In this document: positions 31,541-41,845 of the stretch, piece after piece
How positions within the stretch are numbered: position 1 is the first letter of the stretch
How the letters are laid out: each line of letters opens with the position of its first letter
Source: a virus
IMG/VR virus record: IMGVR_UViG_3300012931_000015
Span: 99,579 to 163,578 of that record
Reading direction: 5' to 3' (one strand)
DNA length: 64,000 nt
Program-made: the position numbers and the translations under genes
Notes under the pieces: model-generated
What the model saw: the letters and a program-made list of their open reading frames with translations, nothing else
Databases searched by the model: none
Told to the model about the DNA's origin: nothing

Positions 31541-32077
31541 TTATAAATATCCGCGATCGCTCTTACTCAAATATAACATTTCCACATTTGCCTCTAACGG
31601 AGAATCTTTCTCACTATGAGAAAAACTTATTCCGTCAAGTTTAATAATTTTACATTTTCTAAACCTTATTGCATTTCTTGTAGGAACTTCTGCTCCACCT
31701 TCTTCTATATCAATAGGCTGAACAATTACATCAACACGCAAAGAATCATCGGGTAATCTAGCACCTGTTTCAGGATCACAGCTTGCATCTAACCACTGCT
31801 TTAATTGATTATAGCAACTCCAGCTTTTTGGTACATCAAAAGTAAAAGTAAAATGCTTAGTTTCTGTATGACCCCCCGTTTTCTCAAAATCTAAACCATG
31901 ATATGATCGAGTGTAAACTCCTTTTTCTTCACCTGGAACTTCAAAAGTTTTAGCTCTTATAACTAATTGAGTAACTCCATCTCCTTGTGAAAAAGGAAAA
32001 CCATTTGGGAATATCAGATTATAATGACACTTCATCTGGTCATCACCTAGAACATAAGCTGTATCTATACCTGCCAT
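31541..32077 (-). CDS. tail tube protein (gp19-like)
   Basis: size, position downstream of the sheath, and F.VP, FTFTF, L.QW and DP.TG motifs. Confidence 0.7.
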   Translation of the reverse strand: MAGIDTAYVLGDDQMKCHYNLIFPNGFPFSQGDGVTQLVIRAKTFEVPGEEKGVYTRSYHGLDFEKTGGHTETKHFTFTFDVPKSWSCYNQLKQWLDASCDPETGARLPDDSLRVDVIVQPIDIEEGGAEVPTRNAIRFRKCKIIKLDGISFSHSEKDSPLEANVEMLYLSKSDRGYL

Positions 32078-32097
32078 AATTTATTTTCTCCTAAAGT

Positions 32098-32706
32098 TTA
32101 TTTATATGTAATTATATAAGATAAATTTTTACCATCTATAACAACAATTCTTCCATCATCACTTTTTACATTTGCTGAATATTGACTCATTGTTATAGTA
32201 TTAGCACCCTCAACAAAATGTATATTAGAAGCATCACCCTTAACTTTTGCAACAATAGGTATAATTGCTATGATTAAATCACCTTCTGATTTATTTCTTA
32301 CAAAAACAGATTTAGCATCCATTATTTTGTCTAAAACATCATTTGATATTTTTGCTTCTTTTATTTTAAGTTTACTTTCTAATTTATTTATTTCTTCTTT
32401 GATATTTTTAATTTCATTTTTTACTGACATTTTATTTTCCTTAAATTGAGACCAATCTTGAAAAGCATCTTCTTCATCTACTGTTCTTTTTTCAAAATCT
32501 ATATTAATTTCTTTCTTTGCAGTTTTTGTGTCAACATAAGTTATATCTTTTGATATTTTAGGATTTTTATAAGAAGGTGCGCTTTTCATACTATAAAAAG
32601 CTTGAACATATTTTTCATTATTAACAAAAATATAATCACCACCATTAAATATTCCTTGTTTGACTGATTTTTGTAATTCTTCTATATTTTTAAATTTATT
32701 GTTCAT
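32098..32706 (-). CDS. putative internal head protein
   Basis: two domains separated by KEEINKLESKLKIKEA. Confidence 0.5.
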   Translation of the reverse strand: MNNKFKNIEELQKSVKQGIFNGGDYIFVNNEKYVQAFYSMKSAPSYKNPKISKDITYVDTKTAKKEINIDFEKRTVDEEDAFQDWSQFKENKMSVKNEIKNIKEEINKLESKLKIKEAKISNDVLDKIMDAKSVFVRNKSEGDLIIAIIPIVAKVKGDASNIHFVEGANTITMSQYSANVKSDDGRIVVIDGKNLSYIITYK

Positions 32707-32715
32707 TTTCTTTCC

Positions 32716-34590
32716 TTATAAAATAGTATTAACATTAACTTCACCCTGCGGTAGTCTAATAACTTCAAGTTCTGTTTTCTCACTTGTAGGTGTAGCCTGA
32801 AATACTATAACTGCTTTAAATTTTCGCTGTTGCAATATTGAAGTAGTATTAATTCTATCATCATCTGCTAAACCAGCTAAATAAGTACAATATCCATCTG
32901 GATGATTTGCATCTCCACGAAGTATAGGATCAATCATTATTGTAAACTTACTTTCAAAAAGCTGTCTTCTATATCTATCATTAAACTTAAATTCCTGATC
33001 TCTTAAAATATCGTTGACAGTCTGATAAATAATTAAGTTCAACAATCGTCTAGTTCCTATAAAACTTGTATCCGTATTTGTAGTAATAGCTGTTCTATCA
33101 CCATAAGTCATATAACCATATTTTGGGTCATAAACATGAGGATTTAATCTTGCATCATCTAAAGCCTGAAGCTCTCCACCAACTATATCTGTAAACTCAT
33201 GTTCAAGTTCTTTAATACCTGTTCCAAGTTCTCCACCATAATTTCCATCATTTGTTCCGGCAGGAGCAAGACTATTAAATACCGGACTCATTTTTGCCAT
33301 ATTTCTTGCATCTCTTCCAACCAAAGAAGTCCAGAAGTAAGTACCCGAAACATAAGGATTTTCAACTCTACCCCAATTACAATAGAAAGCCATTTGATCT
33401 GTATTTATACTATAACCTGCTTTTGTAGCAATAATAGCAGTTGCACTAGCCTCACCAAAAGGCATTGTAACAACACCGAACGCTTTATATAATTGATAAG
33501 TCGTAACTAAATCATATATTTTTGCTATACATGAAGCTAGACCTGATGTATCGACAAGTAAATCAGCACTGTAAGTATTTTTCTTTTTAGCATAATCCCA
33601 ACTTAAATTACGCTCTGTTGCTGTAATTGCAGAACCTCGTTTACCGCTTGCTAAGTTTGTATAACTTCCTTCAGTTGTAATTGCAGTATGAGCACCTGCA
33701 TAGTTAGTATTTACAACATACGTTAAATACATATCTTCTTCAAAAACTTTTCCGATGTAAACAGGTCTACCAGCATCATTCTTTTTAGTTTCTGTTAAAC
33801 TAAACTCATAACGCCCTACATAAGCTACATTAGAATTATCATCAATTTCTTGTAAATCAACTGTATAAATTCCATCAGCACCAGAAGTTCTACTTATAAG
33901 TTTTGCCTTTAACCAAGTTGCACTTGGACTAATAGGAGTAAGTATAAATCTTATATCATCACAATCATAAGCATACTGAACATATATTTCAGTTCCACTT
34001 GCAGGAGCAGTATCAAAAACTAAAGTTAAAGCTCCCGTACTTCTTACAAGCTGTGATCCTGTATCTAAAACACTTGCTGTTAAAACTTCTGTTGCTACAT
34101 TTGAAGGTGTAACAGTATATTCAGTTTCAACATCATCGCTGTCAATAAGTATTAATTTTGTAAGTGATACATTGACATAAGGTAAATTAGTTAAAGTAGT
34201 TGTAAAAGTAACGGTTGAACCATCACCTGTATCAACTAAATCCCTAACAGGAAATTCATCAAAGTCTAAATTTGTTAAATCAGGTATACCAGCAGTTAAA
34301 GCATGAAAGCCATCAACTTTTGAAGCAACTCCACCAAATTTTGCATCGCTAAAATAAGGAGCACAAATCCAAGCAGGAGCGGTTTTAACGTATTCAATTA
34401 CTTCCATTACTTCATCATAAGTAGAAGATGGTTTTCCCAAAAATTCAATTGCTTCAAATTCTGAGCTTATCTTACGAGGAAGTTTTGTACCTCTTGATGC
34501 TTCTACTACAAAATAACCAATTTCTGTTGCATCTAAAGTATTGTAAGATGCCAAGTCGATTTCCTGTACGCTTGATCTATAAGTTGCCAT
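32716..34590 (-). CDS. contractile tail sheath protein
   Basis: N-terminal VQEIDL; C-terminal APAG...G, L....LNP, YGDRT, FI..RRL, FKFND. Confidence 0.9.
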   Translation of the reverse strand: MATYRSSVQEIDLASYNTLDATEIGYFVVEASRGTKLPRKISSEFEAIEFLGKPSSTYDEVMEVIEYVKTAPAWICAPYFSDAKFGGVASKVDGFHALTAGIPDLTNLDFDEFPVRDLVDTGDGSTVTFTTTLTNLPYVNVSLTKLILIDSDDVETEYTVTPSNVATEVLTASVLDTGSQLVRSTGALTLVFDTAPASGTEIYVQYAYDCDDIRFILTPISPSATWLKAKLISRTSGADGIYTVDLQEIDDNSNVAYVGRYEFSLTETKKNDAGRPVYIGKVFEEDMYLTYVVNTNYAGAHTAITTEGSYTNLASGKRGSAITATERNLSWDYAKKKNTYSADLLVDTSGLASCIAKIYDLVTTYQLYKAFGVVTMPFGEASATAIIATKAGYSINTDQMAFYCNWGRVENPYVSGTYFWTSLVGRDARNMAKMSPVFNSLAPAGTNDGNYGGELGTGIKELEHEFTDIVGGELQALDDARLNPHVYDPKYGYMTYGDRTAITTNTDTSFIGTRRLLNLIIYQTVNDILRDQEFKFNDRYRRQLFESKFTIMIDPILRGDANHPDGYCTYLAGLADDDRINTTSILQQRKFKAVIVFQATPTSEKTELEVIRLPQGEVNVNTIL

Positions 34591-34696
34591 AATTTATTAA
34601 TCTCCTTCTAAAGTTCAATGTTTAATTTATCTATTTTATTTATTCGTTTATTCTAATTTATTCATAATTATTAGTAACTTATTTATGTATAAGTTG

Positions 34697-35896
34697 TTAA
34701 ATCAATTCCTGTTTAAAAACATTTTGACTATTAAAATCTACATAATTACGAGTTAAAAAAATTTCAGTGAAGGGTAAATATTCCTTGCTAATAAGGTGTT
34801 TTGACTGCACGATTACCCATTTACCACTAAATTCTGTTGCTGTTCCTCTTTTCTCATATAAAGAATTAAATTTTGTACTTACTACTTGACCGGATACTGC
34901 TTTTGGAATAGCCCCCTTTAACACCAATCTCATAACTAGCCAAGCCTGTTGATTTTTATAATGACTTGCAATCCATCCATTGTACTCATCAAGTCCGAAA
35001 TCTTTATTTTTATTTACTTCTTTATCTGAATTTACAAAACCAAAAAATCTATGAGATTTAATATCACTTGCATTATTTTTTAAAACAGGCAATTTTCCAC
35101 TTTGAGGAATCATATCATTTATTTTTTTTTCTTCTTTTTTAGATTCACTCGCTTTTAAATCTAAATAGTGATATGCTGAATTATAATTATCCAGATTGCT
35201 TTCTAATTCTTTCCATATAAGCTTTAAATCATTGACTGTGAAAACTTCAAAATTTTCTGCATTACCTTGATTTAAAGTAAACTCCATAATTGATTGATTC
35301 TGTTTTAGCATATTGCTTATAGTTTCAAAATGATAGCCTCCATTAAGGTCTATAAAAGAAAACATAGGTTCTTTTCCATTATTAACACTATAAGCATATT
35401 TTAAAAGTTCATTTATAAAATCTTCATCTCTAATTAAACCTTGACCCCAAATACCATTATTCATAGTATTCTCAATTGTAGTTTTTAAAAAACCATAACT
35501 TTTCATTACTTGAGTTACTACATCACTTATTTTACCTTGATAGCTTTTTGATTTTGGATTATCTTTTAATATATTTTTATCAATGAAGTTTAGTGTGTTA
35601 TGACCAGATACATAATAATTTCTGTAAAAATCAGTTAATTGATTACCTTCCCAGACAGATTTAAATTTTATCTGATTAGAAGCATCTTCATCGTCCCCAT
35701 ATAAAAATTCCCACTCACTACCTTCAACAAAACCTAAAATTTCAGAGAATAATCCTATTTGATCTTTTATATTAACTTCTGCTTTAGGATATAATTCTTT
35801 TATACTATCACCTAAAACAATTCTGTTAAAATTACGAAAAGTATTAAGTTCTATTTGTGATTTTGTTGAAGATTTAAAACTAAATGTAAAAGCCAA
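34697..35896 (-). CDS. baseplate hub protein (gp27-like)
   Basis: SKSY.GKISD.V, FI..L, F..I..M and FSGKW.I....H. Confidence 0.6.
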   Translation of the reverse strand: MAFTFSFKSSTKSQIELNTFRNFNRIVLGDSIKELYPKAEVNIKDQIGLFSEILGFVEGSEWEFLYGDDEDASNQIKFKSVWEGNQLTDFYRNYYVSGHNTLNFIDKNILKDNPKSKSYQGKISDVVTQVMKSYGFLKTTIENTMNNGIWGQGLIRDEDFINELLKYAYSVNNGKEPMFSFIDLNGGYHFETISNMLKQNQSIMEFTLNQGNAENFEVFTVNDLKLIWKELESNLDNYNSAYHYLDLKASESKKEEKKINDMIPQSGKLPVLKNNASDIKSHRFFGFVNSDKEVNKNKDFGLDEYNGWIASHYKNQQAWLVMRLVLKGAIPKAVSGQVVSTKFNSLYEKRGTATEFSGKWVIVQSKHLISKEYLPFTEIFLTRNYVDFNSQNVFKQELI

Positions 35897-35909
35897 TTTA
35901 TTTTACCTT

Positions 35910-36377
35910 TTATTTAATAGTATTTCGTGCTTTTTTTTCTATATAATCTATTTCAGGTAATTTGTTAGAAAAATATATAATTTCCGCATAAAAATTATTA
36001 TATAATTGATCTGTTATTTGTTTTTTCCTATCTGCTAAAAGCAATGGTGATAAAGCATTTTGTTTTGCTAATTTAGGATAATTATGTAATAACATACTTA
36101 GATACATTTTTATATTTGGAGAGGGAAATTCATAACCTTTAAATGTGTACTCTTCTGTTTTACCAATAGTATTACCAGATTCTGGATCATATTCTTGTAT
36201 TTCAACTACTTGATATTTTTCCCATCCACCCCTTCCATCATCTACACGATATACTTTTTTATTAACAATAAAACCTCTCATATCAAATGATTCAATAAAA
36301 ATTGTATCGCCTTTTTTCAATATAGTGTTTCCAATATGCTTCTCTTCTTTCATTATAACTTTTTTTAATTTTTTCAT
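35910..36377 (-). CDS. putative internal head protein with shared tag
   Basis: LKKVIM...LKKGDTIFIES. Confidence 0.6.
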   Translation of the reverse strand: MKKLKKVIMKEEKHIGNTILKKGDTIFIESFDMRGFIVNKKVYRVDDGRGGWEKYQVVEIQEYDPESGNTIGKTEEYTFKGYEFPSPNIKMYLSMLLHNYPKLAKQNALSPLLLADRKKQITDQLYNNFYAEIIYFSNKLPEIDYIEKKARNTIK

Positions 36378-36415
36378 AAATATTTTTTTCCTTTGTTTTA
36401 TTTATACTGTTTTTG

Positions 36416-37180
36416 TTAAAAACTTGTAACACCCATTTGTTTAGGCATAACAATAACTTTTGTAAATTCAGTCCATTTTGCTATAACATTTTCTCTTAAC
36501 TTTTCTGCTTGAGCTCTCATTGTATCAACATTGACATCTATATCTAAATTATTATTTTTAATCATACCAAAAACATCTGCTATGTGATTAAGAACAAAAG
36601 CCTGTGATAATTCTATGGCTTCTTCTTTTCTTTCAAATCTTATCTCACTAAAATTATAGCTAAACTTCGCCCAAATAATACTAAGCTTTGTAGCTGCTCC
36701 AGCATAGCCTACAACTTTTCTGTTTGCTAAATCAACTACTGCTCTTTGATTTTCTCTTCTACTTATTTTCATATTTCTTAAAGTTATATCCATTTCGCGA
36801 GCTCGATCTGAACCATTGAAATTATAACGAGTTCCATAAGCCCCACCATAAGTAGTAGTTTTACTATATTGATTACCAACCAGAATATCTGCTATTCTAT
36901 TTCCTGTAAGTGATCCGGTTATATTTGCTAAACTGTTTGTCATTCTTACATCTAAAGTAGAAAAAGTATAAACATCAGGAAAAGGTACTTCAAACTCTCC
37001 ATTAACCGAAGTTTGATAACGATCTGTTTTTGGAAACCATCTAAAATATTCTTCAAGTGCTGGTTTTATACAAAGTTCTTTTAAATCAGAATCTTCTAAT
37101 ATAACTTTATCTAATAATGGATAACCAATTTTAGATTTAATACGTTTAAAATCACTTTCATTTATTATAATGTTTGACAA
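36416..37180 (-). CDS. neck / head-tail adaptor (gp13-like)
   Basis: IK.KIGYP, AL..YFR and C-terminal N...M..QA..L; adjacent to the portal gene. Confidence 0.65.
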   Translation of the reverse strand: MSNIIINESDFKRIKSKIGYPLLDKVILEDSDLKELCIKPALEEYFRWFPKTDRYQTSVNGEFEVPFPDVYTFSTLDVRMTNSLANITGSLTGNRIADILVGNQYSKTTTYGGAYGTRYNFNGSDRAREMDITLRNMKISRRENQRAVVDLANRKVVGYAGAATKLSIIWAKFSYNFSEIRFERKEEAIELSQAFVLNHIADVFGMIKNNNLDIDVNVDTMRAQAEKLRENVIAKWTEFTKVIVMPKQMGVTSF

Positions 37181-37203
37181 AGTTTATTCCTCAATATTTT
37201 AGA

Positions 37204-39156
37204 TTATGCTTTAAAAAGTTTTCTATTTTTTCTTCCAAAATTTTCTAATAATGCTCGAATGTCTGTGTTATCCATTTCTGTTAATATTTTCTGGTTTTTA
37301 CCTTTCAAAAAAAGACTTTTTGCATTAAGAGAAAATGAAGCATTATTACAGTTAAAAAAATGTCTGTTATCTTTAATACCTTCTAGCCAATTTCTTTTTC
37401 GTCTTTCTTCATACTCTACTTTTTTTATTTCTTTTGTTGTAATAATATTTCTTACATAATTATCTGCTTCTCTTAAACCTCTAGTTCTCAAAATGTTTTT
37501 GTATTTTGATTCAGTTTTAGGTTGGGCTTGGGGTTGATTATTTGTTGGTTGTTCTTCCGGTCTAGGTTTAGCCTTTAAAGCGTCATCAACTAATTTTTCT
37601 ATTTCTTCATCTGTAAAAGGTAAAGAACTCATATAAATCATTTTTAAAACATCAGGAGGTAATGTTGCTTCTCTATCATTTAATACATTATCTTTTAAAG
37701 TTGCAATAATATCATTAGCAAAACGTAATTGATCTCCCTTGTTTCTAATAAGATCAGGATTTTGTTCTGCTTGAGGAAAAGGCATATTTAATTCAAACTC
37801 TGATTCAGGGTCAAGCCCCTTAAATGCTAAATGAATTTTTATCATCAAAGTCAATTCTTCTAATATAGAATTTTGCTGACTAAATACAGCACGACCAAAA
37901 GGCTTATACTGTTGCACTAAAGATATACCTGAATTATACCCACCACTAGAATTCGGGTCAAATATAAATAAAGGAATACCTGAAGCTAAAATTAGATTAT
38001 CTTTTAATAAAGTTACATCTGCTATATCATCAAGATTTTGTCTTGACTCTAAATAACTTACATCATATAATCCCTTAATAGTAAATTCTTTACTTCCCCA
38101 AGTAAACTCTTGTTTTGTATTTTCTTTTTCTGCTAAACCACTATTTTCATATTCAGTTGCAAACTCTAATAATTGTTCCATCATTTCTGTAGGATGAGTT
38201 TTAGGTAAATCAACTTCTATTTTTTCTCTAGGAAATTTTAAACTTCTAGCTATTGTGTGCATAGTCATAGCTGAATCATACATCCTAAAAGGAGCAACCA
38301 TATTTATCATTAATGGCATTCCGAAAGGATCAAACACACTATCATAAACTTTATTTCTAAAATGAAGAACTGACCACGGGCTAACCATAAAATCATTTAT
38401 CTGATAACCTAGTAAATATTTTTTAAATATTGCATTTGAGTCATCATAATTTTCAATATCAGCAATCATCTGTTTTAATCTTATACTATTTTGGGCTAGA
38501 TCAGCCATTGACTGTTGATTTATAAAATCAGTTTCTATCTCTAAAGGGGTAAACTCCATTCTCTGTTTCAAGTGTTCAATTTTAGTTTGGTTTACTTCTA
38601 TTACACCTTGTCCTTCTTTTGTTCCAAGATTCCAGCAAGCATTACCTTTATGAACTAAACTTCTACCAGTTGATCTTATTTTTTCAGGTATAGAAAGATT
38701 AGTAAACATATCATTTATTTCATTTTCAATTTTACTATCAGAAGAAAAGGCTTCTATAATATTCTGTTGACTATCAACCTGTACTATTTCATCAGCATAA
38801 AGTTCTACTGCACGACTATAAATAGGACTATTAAAATACATATAATCCATATCTTTATAAACATCAGTCATTACTTTAAAACTGTCATTACTATCATGAC
38901 ATTGTGATAAAAAGTAATTCCAAAGATTATCAACACGAGAAGAAGTTTTTATAAAAGAAGGAGCAACAGATTTTCTAGCATCTTTATTTATATCAGAATA
39001 AGAAACTTTTGTTTTATCCGGTACTTCAAGTTTAGGTTTAGAACCAGAAACAGTAAGTTTTCTTCCAAAGATACCAGAAAGAGTATTATTTAATTTTTTA
39101 TTATTTGAATTGCTATTACTATCTAATTGAGTTTTTTTCTTATTGTTGTCTGGCAT
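37204..39156 (-). CDS. portal protein (gp20-like)
   Basis: Y.D.D.M, A.ELYADE, W.VLHFR, PFG.P, I.R and GIP motifs. Confidence 0.85.
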   Translation of the reverse strand: MPDNNKKKTQLDSNSNSNNKKLNNTLSGIFGRKLTVSGSKPKLEVPDKTKVSYSDINKDARKSVAPSFIKTSSRVDNLWNYFLSQCHDSNDSFKVMTDVYKDMDYMYFNSPIYSRAVELYADEIVQVDSQQNIIEAFSSDSKIENEINDMFTNLSIPEKIRSTGRSLVHKGNACWNLGTKEGQGVIEVNQTKIEHLKQRMEFTPLEIETDFINQQSMADLAQNSIRLKQMIADIENYDDSNAIFKKYLLGYQINDFMVSPWSVLHFRNKVYDSVFDPFGMPLMINMVAPFRMYDSAMTMHTIARSLKFPREKIEVDLPKTHPTEMMEQLLEFATEYENSGLAEKENTKQEFTWGSKEFTIKGLYDVSYLESRQNLDDIADVTLLKDNLILASGIPLFIFDPNSSGGYNSGISLVQQYKPFGRAVFSQQNSILEELTLMIKIHLAFKGLDPESEFELNMPFPQAEQNPDLIRNKGDQLRFANDIIATLKDNVLNDREATLPPDVLKMIYMSSLPFTDEEIEKLVDDALKAKPRPEEQPTNNQPQAQPKTESKYKNILRTRGLREADNYVRNIITTKEIKKVEYEERRKRNWLEGIKDNRHFFNCNNASFSLNAKSLFLKGKNQKILTEMDNTDIRALLENFGRKNRKLFKA

Positions 39157-39210
39157 TATTATTATCTATCCTTTATATTCAATAGTTCAAAAAAGCTTAA
39201 TCGTTTCCTT

Positions 39211-39219
39211 TTATTAGTA
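39211..39219 (-). promoter_or_regulatory. putative late promoter TACTAATAA (representative copy)
   Basis: core TACTAATA found upstream of ten genes of the virion module. Confidence 0.65.
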
Positions 39220-39323
39220 TTTAAAATCTCATAATATTAAAAACCCTATTAAAAATAGTCGTTTAATAACTTAATTGTAATTGTAAAAAAAGTGTAAATA
39301 ATTAAAATATATTCAAATTATAC

Positions 39324-39352
39324 TTGACTTTTATTCTTAAAAATGGTATATT
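39324..39352 (+). promoter_or_regulatory. sigma70 promoter with extended -10
   Basis: TTGACT-N17-TATATT with TGn, followed by AAGGAG SD. Confidence 0.75.
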
Positions 39353-39381
39353 ATGAATATAGATAATTAAGGAGATTAATT

Positions 39382-39861
39382 ATGAGAAAACTAACAAAAA
39401 CTTTTGTGTTCATTTTATTCTTATCAGCTTTGATAGGATGTAGTGCACCAACAACAACATCAGGAAATGATGACTCAGGTACAACTACTGTCTTCACCCC
39501 CTTTGTACCAACAGGGGCAGTTATAACTCCTGTATCTGGTAATGTGTTTACTATTACTTTTGCAAGCTATGATGTATCAAAACATTATGTTAATCTAACT
39601 TCTTTAACCGGAGGTCAAGCAATTATATCATTAACTATCGATGATGATTACTCATCCGCAGTATTATATTTACTTGAATCTATGAATAATACAAATGGTA
39701 AAACTAAACAGACCGTTGATATGGCAACTCATGGAGGTATAACTTCTAAGTCAAATATTTATACTTATCCTGATGGAACTATATGTTTCCAGATCGTTCG
39801 TGCTGGAGGATTTGCGGAAGCTTTCACAATGACAATTACTATAAATACTTATCAGAAATAA
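39382..39861 (+). CDS. lipoprotein
   Basis: signal peptide with LIGC lipobox, Thr/Ser/Gly linker, beta-rich domain. Confidence 0.75.
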   Translation: MRKLTKTFVFILFLSALIGCSAPTTTSGNDDSGTTTVFTPFVPTGAVITPVSGNVFTITFASYDVSKHYVNLTSLTGGQAIISLTIDDDYSSAVLYLLESMNNTNGKTKQTVDMATHGGITSKSNIYTYPDGTICFQIVRAGGFAEAFTMTITINTYQK

Positions 39862-39873
39862 AAAGGAGAAAAT

Positions 39874-40026
39874 ATGTTAAAAAATATCGCCGGATATTCA
39901 AATATTTCTGCGGAGAATTTTGTAAAACAATTTACTGAGAATGAATTAAAAGAATTAAAACTTGCTGTTCAACTTGAACTAAATCAAATAGCAAGGGCTA
40001 AAGCTTTAGCAAGATTAAAGAAATAA
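39874..40026 (+). CDS. 50-aa hypothetical protein (not in the ORF track)
   Basis: AAGGAG SD; MLKNIAGYSN...ARLKK. Confidence 0.6.
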   Translation: MLKNIAGYSNISAENFVKQFTENELKELKLAVQLELNQIARAKALARLKK

Positions 40027-40065
40027 TAAGCCTTTAAAAATTAAAAGGGAGAAAAACAAAACTAT

Positions 40066-40833
40066 ATGAAAGCTTCACAATTAGCTAAATATAATAAATT
40101 AATGAAGTTGTTCAATTTTGAAAACAAAATAACCGATAAATATGAACAACTAAAAAATTTTACAAAACTTGTATCTGAAGGATCAAAAAATAGTTTAATA
40201 ATTTCAGGAGAAGCTGGGCTCTCAAAAACAACTACTGTAAATAAAACTATCAAAGAATCAGATATAAATTACGTGTGGGCTAATGTTCATATAGGAACAA
40301 TCAACGATCTTTATAAAATACTCTATACTGAAAATGGTAAAGTTATAATATTTGATGATACCGATTACCTCATACACAAAACAAAAGGTAAAAAGTTTAG
40401 GGAGATGTTATTGTCTGCAACAGAAATATCACAGAATAGAGTGTTGCAATTAAAAGATACAAAAGATAAAGAAATAAAAAGCTCTAATCATCCTAAAGGA
40501 AAATATTTGCAGAGCTTCAAGTTCACGGGCAGACTTATATTTATAACCAATCTTGATCAGAAATTTATTGATCCCTCGCTTATATCCCGAAGTCTAAAAA
40601 TAGATATTCGTTTTAATAAGTTTGAAGTCTTAGAACTCATCGAGCAAGGTATAACAACTTATTATACTAACATAGCTTTTGACTTAAAACGAGAAGTAAT
40701 AAAATTTCTTAAAGAAATTGTAAATGATATTGATAAGTTAGACTTTAGACATTATTATGATATTCTTATGTTAAGACAGAAATATAATACTAGCTGGAAG
40801 AAATGGGCTATAAGTTTATTTTTTAATGACTAG
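40066..40833 (+). CDS. AAA+ ATPase
   Basis: Walker A variant GEAGLSKT, Walker B IIFDD, sensor IFITN, arginine finger LISR. Confidence 0.75.
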   Translation: MKASQLAKYNKLMKLFNFENKITDKYEQLKNFTKLVSEGSKNSLIISGEAGLSKTTTVNKTIKESDINYVWANVHIGTINDLYKILYTENGKVIIFDDTDYLIHKTKGKKFREMLLSATEISQNRVLQLKDTKDKEIKSSNHPKGKYLQSFKFTGRLIFITNLDQKFIDPSLISRSLKIDIRFNKFEVLELIEQGITTYYTNIAFDLKREVIKFLKEIVNDIDKLDFRHYYDILMLRQKYNTSWKKWAISLFFND

Positions 40834-40849
40834 ATAAAAAGGAAAAAAC

Positions 40850-40987
40850 ATGATACCAACATTCGCAGAACTATTACTATTAAATAAAGTAATAGAAAAA
40901 CCAAAAACAAAACGTAAGTTTTTAGGTTTCAAATTAAACAAAAAATATTATAATGAATGTTTAAAAAAATTGTCAAAAAACAAATAA
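40850..40987 (+). CDS. 45-aa basic hypothetical protein (not in the ORF track)
   Basis: AAGGA SD; MIPTFAELL... Confidence 0.45.
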   Translation: MIPTFAELLLLNKVIEKPKTKRKFLGFKLNKKYYNECLKKLSKNK

Positions 40988-41011
40988 AAAATTATAAAGG
41001 GGAGTATAATA

Positions 41012-41449
41012 ATGAAAAATATAGACAATAACTTTTTTACTTACAAAGACACACTAAACCTAACAGAAGCTTATAGCATCATAAACAGTAAAACCATATT
41101 TGATATTACCTATGATGAAATAAAAACAGCTTGTAGTATCATATTAAACGAGATAGCAAAAATAAAAGCAATAAACGAAAATGATGATGACCTTCTTTTC
41201 GGTCTAAAAGAAAACTTTGAAACAGTATATGAAAATTGCTACAAAAATAATGAAGTCTTTGATCTAGCGGAAGACGCAATCATAATGTTAAGCAGACACT
41301 TAACAGAATTACATACATGGGCTGAAATGCCAGTTCACAATATTATAATCAAAACACTTAAACGATGCAAAGTCGTAACAACTGAAAAGCTTGAAGAAAG
41401 TAAAAAGGTGTATTTTATTAAACTGAAAAATAAAAGAGGTACAAGATGA
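41012..41449 (+). CDS. hypothetical protein
   Basis: GGGGAG SD, 145 aa. Confidence 0.65.
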   Translation: MKNIDNNFFTYKDTLNLTEAYSIINSKTIFDITYDEIKTACSIILNEIAKIKAINENDDDLLFGLKENFETVYENCYKNNEVFDLAEDAIIMLSRHLTELHTWAEMPVHNIIIKTLKRCKVVTTEKLEESKKVYFIKLKNKRGTR

Positions 41450-41760
41450 AATTAGAAATTGATTTAAACAATGATAAAATACTTGAAATATTAACAATAT
41501 CTATAACACCACGTTATGAAGGTATAGAAGAAAAAGAAATATTTACACAAATAGAACAAACTACTATCGAATTATTAATTTTCTTTTTCCGAAACTTTAG
41601 AGATAACTGGAAAACAATGAATGATAGACTTTTTACATTACATTGTAGATTTCTTTATACCTTTTTACCTGATGATATGGATCAATTATATTTTGAAAAA
41701 CAAGATTTGCAAGAAAGAAGAGATTCATTAAAATATAAATCTATTTTAGATATGAAATAA
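41446..41760 (+). CDS. hypothetical protein
   Basis: ATGA overlap with the upstream gene; GAGG SD. Confidence 0.6.
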   Translation: MKLEIDLNNDKILEILTISITPRYEGIEEKEIFTQIEQTTIELLIFFFRNFRDNWKTMNDRLFTLHCRFLYTFLPDDMDQLYFEKQDLQERRDSLKYKSILDMK

Positions 41761-41789
41761 AAATAGTTATCATAAATTATCCCCCTCTA

Positions 41790-41840
41790 AAAATTGCACT
41801 GATGAAGATAAAAAATTCAAAGGTGCAATTTATTTTTTTA
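41790..41840. terminator. probable bidirectional terminator between convergent genes
   Basis: AAATTGCAC...GTGCAATTT inverted repeat followed by a T-run; the loop is long. Confidence 0.5.
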
Positions 41841-41845
41841 TAACA

